In this document: one piece after another, positions 63,268 through 64,000 of the stretch
Layout: each line of letters opens with the position of its first letter
Position numbering within the stretch: the stretch's first letter is position 1
Source: the human T2T-CHM13v2.0 reference genome, Homo sapiens
Length of the DNA: 64,000 nucleotides
Assembly: GCF_009914755.1 (NCBI RefSeq)
Contig: NC_060944.1
Strand: one strand, 5' to 3'
The notes under the pieces: generated by a model
Databases searched by the model: none
The model's input: the letters and a program-made list of their open reading frames with translations, nothing else
What the model was told of the DNA's origin: nothing
Translations under genes and position numbers: made by a program

Positions 63268-63304
63268 TTTTCTCTGCATCACCTTTGGATTTCTACACCC
63301 AGTG

Positions 63305-63610
63305 TTTCATTCATTCAGCCTTCAACAGATACTTTTAACACATTCTGTGTGCCAGGACTCTGTGATAAACAAAACAGCCATGGAGGAAAGTAAATACCTG
63401 ACCCAGTATTAGGAGAGATTAGAAAGGCCTCCAAGTCTGAGAGATGGATAGGAATTAGCTCAGCAAGGAGAGATGAGGAAGGTTATGGCTGAGGAACTGG
63501 CATCTATGAAAGCCAGATTCAGCTTTCCCTTCAGAGCCTGGCTTTGGCATCTATGAAAGCCAGGCTCTGAAGGGAAAGTTGAATCTTGCTAGAGTGGAGA
63601 ATTGAGGAAG
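63305..63610 (-). mobile_element. L2-like fragment hosting MIR4755
   Basis: ttcattcattcag...caacagatact...tgtgtgccagg is the L2 3' end in antisense. Confidence 0.55.
63515..63586 (+). ncRNA. MIR4755: pre-miR-4755 hairpin (5p ~63524-63545, 3p ~63558-63579)
   Basis: 31-bp stem (one G:U pair) with a 10-nt loop; sequence matches the recalled hsa-mir-4755, an intronic miRNA of RALY. Confidence 0.88.
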
Positions 63611-64000
63611 AGATGAGATGTTAAGGCAAGCCGAGTCTATGAGGTTTGGGCCACTGTATGGTTGTAAAGAACCCTGGATCTGGGATTAGGAGTCCTGAGT
63701 TCTAGATATGTTTCTGCTACCAATATGTTAGTCATCATTCTAGTAACACTTCACATCTTTTAGGTGTGCCATGATGGGCACTGGGGTACAAAAATGTGTA
63801 AGATGTATGTAGTCCCCTCCCTCAGAGATCTGTCAGTTTAATGAGGCAAGCAGGCTAATTAAGAACCCCTGTAGTAAAGGAACAGTTACCTCTGCTGTAA
63901 GAAGTCAGAATTGAGCTGTGTGTTACTTTAAGCACTTTCTCTGGGCTTTGATGATCTCACCTGTCAAATGGTAAATAACCACTGTCCTATGTAGCTGGTA

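Overview
Human (primate) genomic DNA, rich in Alu (about 39 Alu/FLAM copies) and also containing MIR, L2, L1, MaLR/ERV1 LTR and Tigger/MER elements. I recognise it as the 5' end of RALY (hnRNP C-family RNA-binding protein gene, 20q11.22), on the + strand. It contains a CpG-island promoter (~7.35-9.15 kb), non-coding exon 1 (donor after 8482), a 37.4 kb intron 1, an 83-nt non-coding exon 2 (45915-45997) and the start of intron 2 with the MIR4755 hairpin (63515-63586). Minus-strand splice signals upstream fit the divergent lncRNA RALY-AS1. I found no credible protein-coding exon; the listed ORFs come from repeats or GC-rich sequence. The most interesting observations are: (1) a ~1 kb polyadenylated, TSD-flanked retrocopy in intron 1 that I recognise from memory as the 3' end of XIST; (2) template-switch-like rearrangements, namely a perfect 56-bp inverted duplication around captured DNA, the structure that created the MIR4755 hairpin, and a 43-bp copy from 2.4 kb away; (3) recursive-splicing-type AG|GT sites; (4) two inverted AluYa5 insertions. 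Gene identities come from sequence recall, not database searches. Repeat boundaries are approximate.
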